A stretch of DNA of 64,000 nt from an uncultured Phycisphaerales bacterium (lineage in GTDB: Bacteria; Planctomycetota; Phycisphaerae; Phycisphaerales; SM1A02). Position numbers and translations under genes: made by a program. Shown piece after piece: positions 9,948 to 18,328 of the stretch. Each line of letters begins with the position of its first letter. The stretch's first letter is position 1. The notes beneath the pieces are model-generated. The model was not told where the DNA came from and did no database searches. It was given only the letters and a program-made list of their open reading frames with translations. Where the stretch lies: assembly GCA_938084645.1 (NCBI GenBank), contig CALKEP010000008.1:118459-182458 (forward strand), written 5' to 3'.

Positions 9948-11219
9948 TCAGTCCGGACGGGACTTGCGTCTCGGTGATCGTCCACGCTCGCCGGCGTCTC
10001 CGCGACCTTCCTTGGGCCCGGGCCCGGTCGCCTTCGGCTGGGACGTCGCGGCGCGTGCGATGGAGCCCGATGCCGGGGGGGGCGACGCCGGATCCTCGGA
10101 ACCATCGTGGGCGAGCTTCGCGAAGATCATCCTTCCGCCCGCGGTCTGCAGTGAATTGGTGATCACCGCCGCGACGATGTCGCCGACCCGATCGCCACCA
10201 TCCTGGACCACGACCATGCTTCCGTCGGGCAGGTAGCCGACCGCCTGCGATGGTTCCTCGCCGGCCTTGACGAGTTCGATCTCCACCGCGTCGCCGGGAA
10301 GCGAGGCGGGCCGCAGGGAGCGGGCGACGTCGTTGATGTTCAGGACGGTCACGCCGTTGATCTCCGCGACCTTGCGCAGATTCAGGTCGGACGTCAGGAT
10401 CCGGAGGTCCAGGCCGCGGGCCATCTCGACCAGCATCGCGTCGACGCCCACGCCGGGCGGACGGGTGCCGTCGATCGCGACGTCGAGGAACGGGTTCTGC
10501 TGCATCTTCGTGACCACGTCGAGACCACGTCGTCCACGGAGTCGCTTCTGCCGGTCATCACTGTCGGAGAGGCGCTGGAGTTCCTCCAGCACGAACTCCG
10601 CGATCAGGATCGGCGCGTCGATGAAGCCGGCGCGTCCGACGTCCTCGATCCGGCCGTCGATCAGCGAGGAGGTGTCGACGAGCAGGGGCCGGATTCCCCG
10701 GACCTGTCGGGCGAACTCGACGTAGGGGAGGACGACCCGGAAGTCGTCCTTCGTGGTGAGCACCACCGAGACGGAGAGGTAGCAGAAGACCAGGGCGAGG
10801 GTCGCCTTCGAGACCCCGAGGTAGATGGAGGTGGTGCTTTCGATCCCGCCCATCGCATTCGCGACCACGTCGATCAGGAAGCTCACCGCGACCGCCGCGA
10901 GGAGGCCGAAGCAGATCCCCAGATAGACGCCGACCACCGAGGACAGCCGCTTGTTCGGCGTCATCACGTCGAGGACGATCACGATGGTCCCCACCGCGGC
11001 GCTGGCGAGCAGGACGCCGAGGAAGGTCTGCAGCCGGAATTCGAGCGGGCCCGACTGCCGTCCCGCGATGGTGAGCATCGAGATCGAGACGAGCAGGACG
11101 AGGAAGAGGAGTCGGACCACCAGCAGCAGGAGTCGCTGCGAACGCAGCCGGGTCGAGTCGAGATCCGACGGGGTCACGATCGGGGAGGCGGGTGGCGGCA
11201 TGGGATCGTCTCGTTCCAT
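9948..11219 (-). CDS. Membrane PIN/TRAM domain protein (YacL-like)
   Basis: 4 TM helices; PIN VDTSSLIDGRI, RGRRGLD, LTSDLNL; TRAM GEEPSQAVGYLPDGSMVVV...TAGGRMIFA. Confidence 0.9.
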   Translation of the reverse strand: MERDDPMPPPASPIVTPSDLDSTRLRSQRLLLLVVRLLFLVLLVSISMLTIAGRQSGPLEFRLQTFLGVLLASAAVGTIVIVLDVMTPNKRLSSVVGVYLGICFGLLAAVAVSFLIDVVANAMGGIESTTSIYLGVSKATLALVFCYLSVSVVLTTKDDFRVVLPYVEFARQVRGIRPLLVDTSSLIDGRIEDVGRAGFIDAPILIAEFVLEELQRLSDSDDRQKRLRGRRGLDVVTKMQQNPFLDVAIDGTRPPGVGVDAMLVEMARGLDLRILTSDLNLRKVAEINGVTVLNINDVARSLRPASLPGDAVEIELVKAGEEPSQAVGYLPDGSMVVVQDGGDRVGDIVAAVITNSLQTAGGRMIFAKLAHDGSEDPASPPPASGSIARAATSQPKATGPGPKEGRGDAGERGRSPRRKSRPD

Positions 11220-11298
11220 CGTTCCCGGATTCTACGCGGCCCATCGACCTCCCCGGGCTTCGGAACCGGATTCGGGCTAGGATGTCGCATCGCGTCGC

Positions 11299-11430
11299 GG
11301 ATCGCGGCGTGGAGGACGGTCGGGTCCGTCGGACGGACGGCTCGCCAACCTGGTCAGGGCTTGACGGCAGCAGCCATACGCGTCGTCGTTCGGGCCGTCG
11401 ATCGCCTGGCCGTCCTCCACGTCGCCATCC
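11299..11430 (+). ncRNA. ffs: Small bacterial SRP RNA (4.5S) with UGAC tetraloop
   Basis: Long stem ggcgtggaggacggtcggg/cctggccgtcctccacgtc encloses helix-8 motif AACCTGGTCAGG-GCT-TGAC-GGC-AGCAGCC; usual position upstream of dnaX; -10 TAGGAT at 11278-11283; ends approximate. Confidence 0.88.
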
Positions 11431-11487
11431 CGTGGCGTCCGTCGCATGCCTCCGCCGTCACCCCGGCCCCTCGACACCCGGTGCTCG

Positions 11488-13224
11488 ATGTCCGAAACCG
11501 CCACCGAAACCGCTCCCGGCTATCAGGTCCTCGCACGACGCTATCGGTCCCGGACCTTCGGCGAGGTCGTCGGCCAGGAATCGATCGCCGAGACGCTGGA
11601 GCGCGCGATCGAACGGGATCGCACCGCGCATGCGTATCTCTTCTGCGGGACCCGCGGCGTCGGCAAGACCTCGATGGCGAGGATCTTCGCCCGGGCGCTC
11701 AACGCCACCGATGCGGAGGGCGAAGGGCAGGCCGTGCAGGATGCGATCCTTCGCGGCGAGGACATGGACGTCGTGGAGATCGACGGCGCGAGCAACAACG
11801 GCGTCCAGGACGCCCGGGATCTGATCGCCAACGCAAGCATCCGACCGGCGCGATCGCCGTTCAAGATCTACATCATCGATGAAGTCCACATGCTCTCGAA
11901 TGCGGCGTTCAACGCCCTGCTCAAGACCATGGAGGAACCGCCGTCGCATGTGAAGTTCATCCTGTGCACCACGGAACCGCACAAGGTCCTTCCCACGATC
12001 CAGAGTCGGTGCCAGCGGTTCGACTTCCGACCGATCTCGGTGCCGCGGATCGCGGCCCACCTCACCGACGTCCTCGCCCGGGAGTCGATCGAGGCCGACG
12101 AGGCGGTGGTGCTTCGCGTCGCGCGGCTCGCGAACGGTTCGATGCGGGACGGCCTGAGCATCCTCGAGCGGATCGTCGCCGCGGCGGACGGCCGGCTCGA
12201 CGCGGAACTGCTCGAACGCGTGCTCGGAGTGCCGCCGGAGGACATCGTCCGGGACGTGGTGGCGGCGATCGGTGGCGGCGACCTCGCCGGCACGCTTCGC
12301 GCCATGGCCACGCTGCTGGGCGAGGGACTCGCCCCCGAACGAGCCCTCGACGGGATCGCCGAACGATTCCGGCTGCTGCTTTCCGCCGGGGTCTGCGGGG
12401 CGGATCCCGAGATCCTGGGAACGGGGTCGGAAGAGGCCGCGGGGCTCGTCGAGGAGGCCGCGGACTTCGAACCGGAACAACTCGTGCACATGATCGCGCT
12501 CTGCGATGCCGCGAGCGCCCGGGTCCGGGTGAGCGCCTCGCCGCGTGCGATCCTCGACGCGGCGGTGGCCCGCATGGCGTTGTCCGAACGCTTCGCTCGC
12601 GCCGCCTCGCTGCTCGCGGGGGACGTCGCCGCAGTCACGCCTTCGAAAAAAAAAAGGCTGACCGGCGCTGAGTCGCGCCCGGTCGCGGAGCCGCCGGTCG
12701 ATCGTCCGGTCACGAAGGTGGCGATGCCGAAGACGACCCCGCCGCCCGAGACCGCACCGCCCGAGGTGCCTTCGCTCGAGACCACTCCGCCCACGGAGAC
12801 GCCCGACCCCCATTCCGACGTCGACGCGGGATCGGCGGGCCCCTGGGCCCGTCTCGAGGCCGCCGCGACCACACCCCGGTTTCGCGCCATGATCGCGGAC
12901 TTCGAGTTCGACCGGCTGGAGGGCGATCGCCTTCGACTTCGCCGACGGGACGACGCCTCGCCCGGCGCCGATTGGACGGTGTCCCATCCGGAATCGCTGG
13001 AACGGCTGGCCTCCGACGCCCTCGACCGTCGGATCCGGATCGAATTCGCCGGTGCCGCATCGTCGAGTGCGGCGCCATCACCGGTCGTCGGTGACGACGT
13101 CGAATCGCATCCGCTGGTCGCGGAAGCCATGGAGCTCTTCGACGCCCATGTCGTGCAGGTCAGGACAATCGGCGGTTCCTCGAAGGTCGAGGAACCCGCC
13201 GCCAAGCCAGAGAAGGAAGAATGA
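11488..13224 (+). CDS. dnaX: DNA polymerase III subunit tau/gamma
   Basis: YQVLARRYRS.TF.EVVGQ, Walker A GTRGVGKTS, IIDEVHML, SRCQRF; ffs-dnaX-ybaB-recR synteny. Confidence 0.97.
   Translation: MSETATETAPGYQVLARRYRSRTFGEVVGQESIAETLERAIERDRTAHAYLFCGTRGVGKTSMARIFARALNATDAEGEGQAVQDAILRGEDMDVVEIDGASNNGVQDARDLIANASIRPARSPFKIYIIDEVHMLSNAAFNALLKTMEEPPSHVKFILCTTEPHKVLPTIQSRCQRFDFRPISVPRIAAHLTDVLARESIEADEAVVLRVARLANGSMRDGLSILERIVAAADGRLDAELLERVLGVPPEDIVRDVVAAIGGGDLAGTLRAMATLLGEGLAPERALDGIAERFRLLLSAGVCGADPEILGTGSEEAAGLVEEAADFEPEQLVHMIALCDAASARVRVSASPRAILDAAVARMALSERFARAASLLAGDVAAVTPSKKKRLTGAESRPVAEPPVDRPVTKVAMPKTTPPPETAPPEVPSLETTPPTETPDPHSDVDAGSAGPWARLEAAATTPRFRAMIADFEFDRLEGDRLRLRRRDDASPGADWTVSHPESLERLASDALDRRIRIEFAGAASSSAAPSPVVGDDVESHPLVAEAMELFDAHVVQVRTIGGSSKVEEPAAKPEKEE
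12646..12671 (+). other. A10 slippage/frameshift site in dnaX
   Basis: TCG AAA AAA AAA AGG; TGA at 12659-12661 (+1 frame) and 12669-12671 (-1 frame). Confidence 0.8.
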
Positions 13225-13598
13225 TGTTTGATGCATTGAAGGGAATGGCCGGACTCGGCGGGATCATGAAGGACCTGCCCCGGATCAAGGAGCGGTTCGA
13301 GCAGGTCCGTGCCGAACTCGCCGAGATGACCGTCGAGGCGCAGGTCGGTGGCGGGGCCGTCACCGCGGTCGCCGACGGCAAGATGCGGATCCGTTCGGTC
13401 CAGGTGGATCCCGTGATGCTCGCGATTCTCGTCAAGGACGGTGAAGAGGCCGATCGAGGCATGGCCGAGGATCTCATCACCAGCGCCGTGAACGCGGCGC
13501 TCGAGCGGGCGCAGGAGATGATCGCGGATCATCTCAAGTCGGCGGCGTCCGAGATGAACATTCCGCTTCCCCCAGGTGGCCTGCCGGGACTCATGTGA
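13221..13598 (+). CDS. ybaB: YbaB/EbfC nucleoid-associated protein
   Basis: VEAQVGGGAVTAVADGK, EDLITSAVNAAL; between dnaX and recR. Confidence 0.92.
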   Translation: MMFDALKGMAGLGGIMKDLPRIKERFEQVRAELAEMTVEAQVGGGAVTAVADGKMRIRSVQVDPVMLAILVKDGEEADRGMAEDLITSAVNAALERAQEMIADHLKSAASEMNIPLPPGGLPGLM

Positions 13599-13626
13599 TC
13601 CCCGGTTCGCGAGGAGGTCCGCGTCC

Positions 13627-14250
13627 ATGACCGCATACCCCGAGAGCGTCTCGAATCTGATCGACGAATTCGCGCGGCTCCCCGGCATCGGTCGGCGGAG
13701 CGCCGAGCGGCTCGCGTTCTTCGTGCTCAAGAGTTCGAGCGACGAGGCGCTCGGTCTCGCCCGGTCGATCGCCCGGGTGAAGGAATCGGTGCGGCACTGC
13801 TCCGTCTGCTGGAACCTGGCCGACGTCGACCCGTGTCCGATCTGCAGCGATCCGAAGCGAGACGCGTCGGTGGTGCTGGTCGTCGAGCAGCCGCGCGACC
13901 TGATCAGCCTCGAGCAGACCGGGATGCATGCCGGCGTGTATCACGTGCTGCTCGGACGACTCGATCCCCTTGACGGGGTGGGGCCCGACGGCCTGACCGT
14001 CGACGATCTCATCGCCCGGCTCCGCGATCCCGAACGCAACGCTCGAAACGTCCCGGTCCGGGAGATCGTCCTCGGGCTCAATCCGGACATGGAAGGCGAC
14101 ACGACGGCCCTCCACGTCGCGGAGGAGGCCCGACGACTCGGCATCGCGACCACCCGGCTCGCCCGAGGGCTGCCGTCGGGATCCCAGATCGAGTACGCCA
14201 GCCGGGCGGTCCTGGCGGATGCGATCACCGAGCGGCGGCCGATCGACTGA
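13627..14250 (+). CDS. recR: Recombination mediator RecR
   Basis: LPGIGRRSAERLA, C4 zinc finger CSVC...CPIC, Toprim with YHVL.G and RLARGLP.G. Confidence 0.96.
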   Translation: MTAYPESVSNLIDEFARLPGIGRRSAERLAFFVLKSSSDEALGLARSIARVKESVRHCSVCWNLADVDPCPICSDPKRDASVVLVVEQPRDLISLEQTGMHAGVYHVLLGRLDPLDGVGPDGLTVDDLIARLRDPERNARNVPVREIVLGLNPDMEGDTTALHVAEEARRLGIATTRLARGLPSGSQIEYASRAVLADAITERRPID

Positions 14251-14469
14251 TCTCGGCGCGGGAAACGGGATTCGTCCCCCGGATCCTGAAATGGACACCG
14301 CCGAGGAGGATTCTCGTCCGGAGATCGTTCTCCTCTCCGGCGATACCATGATGATGCATGGTCCAACCCGGAACGGCCCGCGATGGTCGGGCGTCGAAGG
14401 ATCGACGCCCCGCGGCGCCAGCAGGCATGACGCCGAGGGAGTGCGTCTCGGTTCCGGAACGACCTCGCC

Positions 14470-15978
14470 ATGACCATGATGCGATTCGACACGCGTCAAC
14501 AGATGAAGCTCGGTCAGCAGATGAAGCTGGCCCCGAGGATGATCCAGTCGATGGAGATCCTCCAGTTGCCGCTCGCGGCGCTGCAGGAGCGCATCGAACA
14601 GGAACTCGAGCGAAACGTCGCCCTGGAGCTCGTCGAGCCGGGTGACGCCGCCGGAGCCGATCGCGAAGCGAGCGGGGACGTCGCAGAGACCGAACGCGAG
14701 TTCATCGCGGGCGAGGCCGGAGAGGATTTCGGTCGTCTCGCGGATCTCGAGAACCGCTACCGGGAGGTCTGGGACGGCGACGACTACGGGTCGCGACGCG
14801 CCGCCAACACGGGAGATCGCGACCGGAAGATGGACGCGATGGCGAACACCGCGGGACGCGGACTCGGGCTCGCGGCACAACTCGAGGCCCAGTGGCGCTT
14901 CGTGGACGCGGTCGAGAACGTCGCCGCCGCGGGCCGGCGACTCATCGAATACGTGGACGACGACGGATTGCTGGAGACCGATCTCGACACGATCCTCGAA
15001 CAGGGGAGCGAACTCGGCATCGAGGACTGGTCCATCGAACTCCTCGACCGGACCCTCGATCGGCTGCAGCGGATCCTCGATCCGCCCGGCCTGATGGCGA
15101 GATCGAAGCAGGAGTCCCTCCTGCTTCAGATCGATGCGATCGTCGAGCAGGAGGGCGACGAGCACGGCGCCTGGACCGACGCGGCGGTGCTGGTGGGAGA
15201 GCACTTCGAGGATCTCGTGGAGAACCGACTGCCGAAGATCGCCAAGGATGCCGAGATGTCCCTCGAAAGGGTTCAGGCGGCGAAGGAACTCATGCGCCGG
15301 CTCACGCTCTGGCCCGGACGCGAACTGGTGAACCCGGATGCGGGGGTCGTCGTCCCGGACGTGCTCGTCGAGTACGAGCCGGAATCCGACTCCTACGTGG
15401 CGGCGCTCGCCGACGGCGTCGTGCCGCCGCTGCGGATCAATCCGCAGGTCGAGGGGATGAAGGGCGATGCGAATCTCGAGAAGAAGGATCGAGGCTTCAT
15501 CGACGACGCGATCCGGGACGCGACCTGGCTCATCGACGCGGTCAACCAGCGGACGAACACCCTGCTCCGCGTGGTGCGGGTGGTGCTCTCGCGACAGCGG
15601 GATTTCTTCGATCACGGGCCTCAGTTCCTGAAGCCGCTGCCGATGACCGAGGTGGCGGACCAGCTCGGGGTGCACGTCGCCACCGTCAGTCGCGCAGTCA
15701 GCGAGAAGTGGATGCAGACGCCACGGGGGATGTTCCCGCTTCGTCGGTTCTTCTCGGGTGGTCGCGAATCCGAGGAGGGGGACGATCGGAGCTGGGAGGC
15801 GATCAAGGAGATGCTCCGCGAGATCGTCGATGCGGAGGACAAGGCGAAGCCGCTGAGCGATCAGAAGCTCGCCGACGCCCTCGCCGAACGGGGCGTCGAA
15901 ATCGCCCGCCGCACCGTGGTCAAGTACCGCGAGCAACTCGGGATTCCGCCCGCCCGACGACGCAAGATCCACGCCTGA
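14470..15978 (+). CDS. rpoN: RNA polymerase sigma-54 factor
   Basis: Q-rich N-terminus (PRMIQSMEILQL), LKPL..VADQLGVHVATVSRA, RpoN box ARRTVVKYRE. Confidence 0.97.
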   Translation: MTMMRFDTRQQMKLGQQMKLAPRMIQSMEILQLPLAALQERIEQELERNVALELVEPGDAAGADREASGDVAETEREFIAGEAGEDFGRLADLENRYREVWDGDDYGSRRAANTGDRDRKMDAMANTAGRGLGLAAQLEAQWRFVDAVENVAAAGRRLIEYVDDDGLLETDLDTILEQGSELGIEDWSIELLDRTLDRLQRILDPPGLMARSKQESLLLQIDAIVEQEGDEHGAWTDAAVLVGEHFEDLVENRLPKIAKDAEMSLERVQAAKELMRRLTLWPGRELVNPDAGVVVPDVLVEYEPESDSYVAALADGVVPPLRINPQVEGMKGDANLEKKDRGFIDDAIRDATWLIDAVNQRTNTLLRVVRVVLSRQRDFFDHGPQFLKPLPMTEVADQLGVHVATVSRAVSEKWMQTPRGMFPLRRFFSGGRESEEGDDRSWEAIKEMLREIVDAEDKAKPLSDQKLADALAERGVEIARRTVVKYREQLGIPPARRRKIHA

Positions 15979-16076
15979 TTCTCCGTCGAACGCCGGTCCG
16001 GGCCGGGTTCGAGGTCATTGCCCCGATGCATTCCGCCGTTCTTCGGTGGTCGCCGATCCGGACGTAGACTGCAGGC

Positions 16077-17291
16077 ATGCCGACGCCATCGTCATCGACC
16101 GGACGATCGTCCCCGCCTCGGCGACGCCGACGCGGCGCCGTGATCGCGGCCGTGGTCGTCGCGACGGTCGGCTCGCTCGAGGAGACGGTCACCGCGGGTG
16201 ATGGCGAGCCCGGGGCCGACCTGGTGTTCTGGGGCACGCCGTACTACGCGACGGATCCATGCATTCCCGAATCCGTCACCCAGTGGTCGATGGGCATCCT
16301 TCACGCCGCCGCGGTCCTCTGGAACGGCGACGTCGTCTGCTGGGGGGGCAACTTCTCCGGCGAGTCGAATGTTCCGTCGGACGTGGGTTCGGGGCCGTTC
16401 CAGATTCCGGCGGTGCAGGTGTCGGCGGGCGAAGGCCATACCGCGGCGGTGCTCGCGGATGGCTCCGTGCGATGCTGGGGCGAGAACGAGTACGGGGAGT
16501 GCATCGTTCCGCCGGGAGTCGGCTCGGCCGAGCATCCCGTGCGTTCGATTCACGCCGCGGTCTACAGCACCACGGCGTTGATGATGGACGGCACGATCGT
16601 CTGCTGGGGAAATCCGGCGGCCCAGGACTGCGATCCCGCCCTGGAGATCCCCGCCATCGGACTGCAGCGATTGAGCGTGGGCAACACCCACAGCATCGGC
16701 CTGTTGAACGACGGATCGATCCGATGCTGGGGCGACGACTCGCTCGGCCAGTGCGAAGTCCCCGAGGGGATCGGCGATCGTGGTCACCGGGTCGTCGCCA
16801 TCGCGGCGGGCTCCGCCCATTCGGTCGCCATCCTCGAGGACGGTTCGGTGCGTTGTTGGGGTGACGACACCTCCGGCCAGCTCGCCGTTCCACCGGGGAT
16901 CGGCACGCCGGAGCGACCGGCCGTCGCGGTGGCGGCCGGTCTGGCGCACACGGTGCTGCTGCATGAGGACGGAAGCGTCGCCTCGTGGGGATCGAACTCC
17001 GCGGGGCAGACCGACGTGCCGCCCTCGATCGCGGATCCCGCTCGAGGCGCGATTCGTCCGCTCGTCGGCGTGGTGGCGAGAGGGCTCGGCTCGGGTGCGC
17101 TCCGAGCCGCCGTCGTTCCCTGCACCGGGGACCTCGATCGGGACGCCCGAGTCGACGGGATCGATCTCGGCCTGATCCTGATCGACTGGGGCGGGCGGGA
17201 CGGATGCCGGTCGGATCTCGACCGGGACGGGCTGGTCGGGCCCGGCGACCTCGGTCTGCTGCTCTCGAACTGGGGGCGTTGCGGTTCCTGA
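16077..17291 (+). CDS. Secreted RCC1/BLIP-II-repeat beta-propeller protein with C-terminal dockerin-like domain
   Basis: Repeats of (A)G..H..ALL.DGSVRCWG.N..GQ..VP; C-terminal C.GDLDRD.RVDG.DLG.IL..WG twice; Arg-rich N-terminus. Confidence 0.85.
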   Translation: MPTPSSSTGRSSPPRRRRRGAVIAAVVVATVGSLEETVTAGDGEPGADLVFWGTPYYATDPCIPESVTQWSMGILHAAAVLWNGDVVCWGGNFSGESNVPSDVGSGPFQIPAVQVSAGEGHTAAVLADGSVRCWGENEYGECIVPPGVGSAEHPVRSIHAAVYSTTALMMDGTIVCWGNPAAQDCDPALEIPAIGLQRLSVGNTHSIGLLNDGSIRCWGDDSLGQCEVPEGIGDRGHRVVAIAAGSAHSVAILEDGSVRCWGDDTSGQLAVPPGIGTPERPAVAVAAGLAHTVLLHEDGSVASWGSNSAGQTDVPPSIADPARGAIRPLVGVVARGLGSGALRAAVVPCTGDLDRDARVDGIDLGLILIDWGGRDGCRSDLDRDGLVGPGDLGLLLSNWGRCGS

Positions 17292-17353
17292 GTCACGTGG
17301 CGGGATCGATTCACGAGCCCGCGGAAGAGTCGTAATCGGTAGACTGCCGGCCC

Positions 17354-18226
17354 ATGTCATACATCTGGCTCGACGGAAAACTGGTTCCCAAGGACGAGGC
17401 GATGGTCTCGGTCTTCGATCACGGCCTGCTCTACGGAGACGGCTGCTTCGAGGGAATTCGCGCCTACGGCGGCAGGATCCTCAAGCTGAAGACGCACCTC
17501 GGCAGGATGTTCGAATCCGCGGCGCTCATCCACCTCAAGCCCGCCTACGACCTCGAGGAGATCGAGGACGCGATCCGGGCGACGATGAAGGCGAACGAGA
17601 TCGTGGACGGCTACATCCGGCTCGTCTTCACCCGGGGGGTCGGCACGCTGGGCCTGCATCCGTTCCGCTGTCCGACGCCGGGCACGTTCATCATCGCCGA
17701 CCGGATCCAGCTCTATCCCGAGGAACTCTACGAGGAGGGGATGAAGGTGGTCGTCGCCAAGCGTCCCCGCATCCCGATCGAGTGCCTCGATCCGCGGATC
17801 AAGAGCCTGAACTATCTCAACAACATCCTCGCCAAGGTCGAGGCCATCGAGGCCGGCGTGCTCGAGGCGATCATGCTCAACACCGAAGGCCAGGTCGCGG
17901 AGTGCACCGGCGACAACATCTTCGCGGTGAAGGGTGATCGCATCTTCACGCCGGCGACCAGCACCGGGATCCTCCACGGGGTGACCCGGCGGTTCGTGAT
18001 GCAGGAGATCGCACCGGCCTGCGGCTTCGAGGTCGAGGAGGACGTCTTCGGAATCGAGACGCTGCTGGAGGCCGACGAGGTGTTCCTCACCGGAACCGCG
18101 GCCGAAGTGATCGGCGTCTCGCGGATCGATGATTCGGTGATCGGGTCCGGTCGCATGGGTGAAGTCACCCGCCGCCTGGTGGCCGAGTTCCGACGACGAA
18201 TCTCCGAGGGATGTCCCGAAGACTGA
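17354..18226 (+). CDS. ilvE: Branched-chain amino acid aminotransferase (class IV PLP)
   Basis: DHGLLYGDGCFEGIRAY, IKSLNYLNN, ECTGDNIF, EVFLTGTAAEV. Confidence 0.93.
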   Translation: MSYIWLDGKLVPKDEAMVSVFDHGLLYGDGCFEGIRAYGGRILKLKTHLGRMFESAALIHLKPAYDLEEIEDAIRATMKANEIVDGYIRLVFTRGVGTLGLHPFRCPTPGTFIIADRIQLYPEELYEEGMKVVVAKRPRIPIECLDPRIKSLNYLNNILAKVEAIEAGVLEAIMLNTEGQVAECTGDNIFAVKGDRIFTPATSTGILHGVTRRFVMQEIAPACGFEVEEDVFGIETLLEADEVFLTGTAAEVIGVSRIDDSVIGSGRMGEVTRRLVAEFRRRISEGCPED

Positions 18227-18328
18227 GTCCCGTCGGCGTCCGACGAGTCGGCCTCGAGCATGCTTGGGTTGCGTGCTTCCGGCCGGGGCGGCGTGCGGAC
18301 AGGTCCGGCCCGCCGATGGAGGTGTTCC

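Noticed and set aside
12646..12655. A10 as a sequencing error or pseudogene frameshift
   Set aside because: The dnaX frame stays open to a tau-like C-terminus that overlaps ybaB by ATGA
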